Assembly (NCBI GenBank): GCA_051251595.1
Contig: JBPOFA010000016.1
Span: forward strand, 10,626-74,625
Reading direction: 5' to 3'
From: Marinosulfonomonas sp.
Lineage (GTDB): Bacteria; Pseudomonadota; Alphaproteobacteria; Rhodobacterales; Rhodobacteraceae
DNA length: 64,000 nucleotides
The notes under the pieces were generated by a model. That model saw only the letters and a program-made list of their open reading frames with translations, was not told the DNA's origin and did not search any database. Both the position numbers and the translations under genes were made by a program. Positions within the stretch are counted from its first letter, which is position 1; every line of letters starts with the position of its first letter. This document shows, piece by piece, positions 62,783 to 64,000 of the stretch.

Positions 62783-64000
62783 TTAGCTTTCCAGTTCGAC
62801 GAGCAAATCCTTGGCGTCGATCTGGGTTCCGGGCTGGACCAGCACGGCTTTGACGGTTGCGTCGCGTTCGGCGTGGATGCCGGTTTCCATCTTCATTGCC
62901 TCGATGGTGAGCAGCAGGTCGCCCTGTTTCACCTTGGCCCCGGCCTGGGTTGCGACAACGGCGACGACGCCGGGCATCGGCGCGCCGATATGGTCGGCAT
63001 TGCCCAGTTCGGCTTTGGGGTTGGCGGCGGTTTTGGCCGTCGCTTTGCGGTCGGTCACGCGGACGACGCGGGGTTGGCCGTTCAGTTCGAAAAAGACCTT
63101 GGCTTCGCCTTCTTCATTGGTCTCGCCCACGGCCTGACAGCGGATTTCGAGCGTCACGCCGGGGTCGATTTCTGTTGAGATTTCCTCTCCGGCTGACATG
63201 CCGTAGAAATAGGTGTGCGTGGGCAGGGTTCTGACCGGGCCATAGGTTGCGTGGCGGTTCATGTAGTCGGTGAAGACCTTGGGGTACATGAGGTAGCCGT
63301 TCAGGTCTTCGTCATCGATAGCGATCCCGTCGAGCTTGGCAGAGACCTCTGCGCGGGCCTCTTCCAGATCGACCGGGGGCAGGTGTTTGCCGGGGCGTTC
63401 GACCGAGGGCTTTTCGGATTTAAGCACCTTTTTGACGATGCCTTTGGGCCAGCCGCCCGGAGGTTGCCCCAGATTGCCGCGCATCATGTCGATGACGCTG
63501 TCGGGGAAGGACAGGTCTGTGTTCGGGTCTTCGACCTGTTCGCGGGTCAGGTTCTGGCTGACCATCATCAGCGCCATGTCGCCCACCACTTTGGAGCTTG
63601 GCGTCACTTTGACGATATCACCGAACATTTTGTTCACGTCGGCATAGGTCTGCGCGACCTCGTGCCAGCGGTCTTCCAGCCCAAGCGAGCGGGCCTGCGC
63701 CTTGAGGTTGGTGAACTGGCCGCCGGGCATTTCGTGCAGGTAGACTTCGGAGGCGGGGGCTTCGATCCCGGATTCAAAGGCGGCGTATTGCTGGCGCACG
63801 GCCTCCCAGTAGTTGGAGATTTCGCGGATCGCGCCGACGTCAAGGCCCGGGTCGCGGTCTGTGTGTTTCAGCGCCTCGACGATAGAGCCCATGCAGGGCT
63901 GGGATGTGCCGCCGGAAAACGCATCCATGGCGGCATCGACGGCATCGACGCCGGCCTCTGTCGCGGCAAGCACAGTCGCGGCAGACAGGCCGGACGTGTC
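62783..64000 (-). CDS. pyc: Pyruvate carboxylase, C-terminal part (gene continues beyond the window)
   Basis: The frame is open to position 64000. Contains the carboxyltransferase/tetramerisation region (AGVDAVDAAMDAFSGGTSQPCMGSIVEAL) and the C-terminal biotinyl domain with EAMKME. Confidence 0.9.
   Translation of the reverse strand, partial: DTSGLSAATVLAATEAGVDAVDAAMDAFSGGTSQPCMGSIVEALKHTDRDPGLDVGAIREISNYWEAVRQQYAAFESGIEAPASEVYLHEMPGGQFTNLKAQARSLGLEDRWHEVAQTYADVNKMFGDIVKVTPSSKVVGDMALMMVSQNLTREQVEDPNTDLSFPDSVIDMMRGNLGQPPGGWPKGIVKKVLKSEKPSVERPGKHLPPVDLEEARAEVSAKLDGIAIDDEDLNGYLMYPKVFTDYMNRHATYGPVRTLPTHTYFYGMSAGEEISTEIDPGVTLEIRCQAVGETNEEGEAKVFFELNGQPRVVRVTDRKATAKTAANPKAELGNADHIGAPMPGVVAVVATQAGAKVKQGDLLLTIEAMKMETGIHAERDATVKAVLVQPGTQIDAKDLLVELES

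Overview
64-kb chromosomal segment whose gene content points to a marine alphaproteobacterium of the Rhodobacterales/roseobacter type: TRAP and TTT transporters, btaAB betaine-lipid genes, and GC-rich coding sequence interrupted by a few visibly AT-richer islets. I call about 55 protein genes and one tRNA-Gly(GCC). There is no rRNA, CRISPR array or intact prophage. Blocks in order: (1) a LacI-linked sugar locus with a CUT1-type ABC importer, a cytoplasmic GH127 glycosidase, a DUF1537 acid-sugar kinase translationally coupled to a RuBisCO-like protein (RLP), and a VOC protein; (2) GntR, an oligopeptide ABC importer, a prolyl aminopeptidase and aminopeptidase P; (3) a TRAP transporter with a DapA-family enzyme; (4) an AT-richer islet with an orphan GT-C membrane glycosyltransferase; (5) a quinate/shikimate gene pair; (6) a 3.8-kb AT-richer cassette (CPT-like kinase, TetR, DUF1254/1214 protein, gutted IS) flanked by a 13-bp inverted repeat; (7) LysR with TctCBA, and an MFS pump; (8) a phosphate-stress lipid-remodelling cluster (GT14-like gene, plcP-like, btaA, btaB, divergent acyltransferase) with Pho-box-like repeats; (9) gadB tightly followed by an internally repeated 6-TM protein; (10) IMPase, ROK kinase, LLM oxidoreductase and ChrA; (11) an apparent six-gene iron-type operon (unannotated hemP, Cys-cluster ORF, imelysin, DUF1111 di-haem protein, imelysin, DUF1513) behind an IscR/Iron-Rhodo-box-like operator; (12) a porin, a 0.9-kb Abi_C/HEPN mini-island inserted in the tRNA-Gly terminator, a MAPEG protein, and the 3' part of pyruvate carboxylase. 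The best candidates for undescribed biology are the RLP/DUF1537/VOC/GH127 operon, the GT14-like gene in the Pho-regulated lipid cluster, the hemP-imelysin operon, the gadB partner membrane protein, and the integrase-less HEPN mini-island. Coordinates of non-ORF features were counted by hand against the ORF track and may be off by a base or two.
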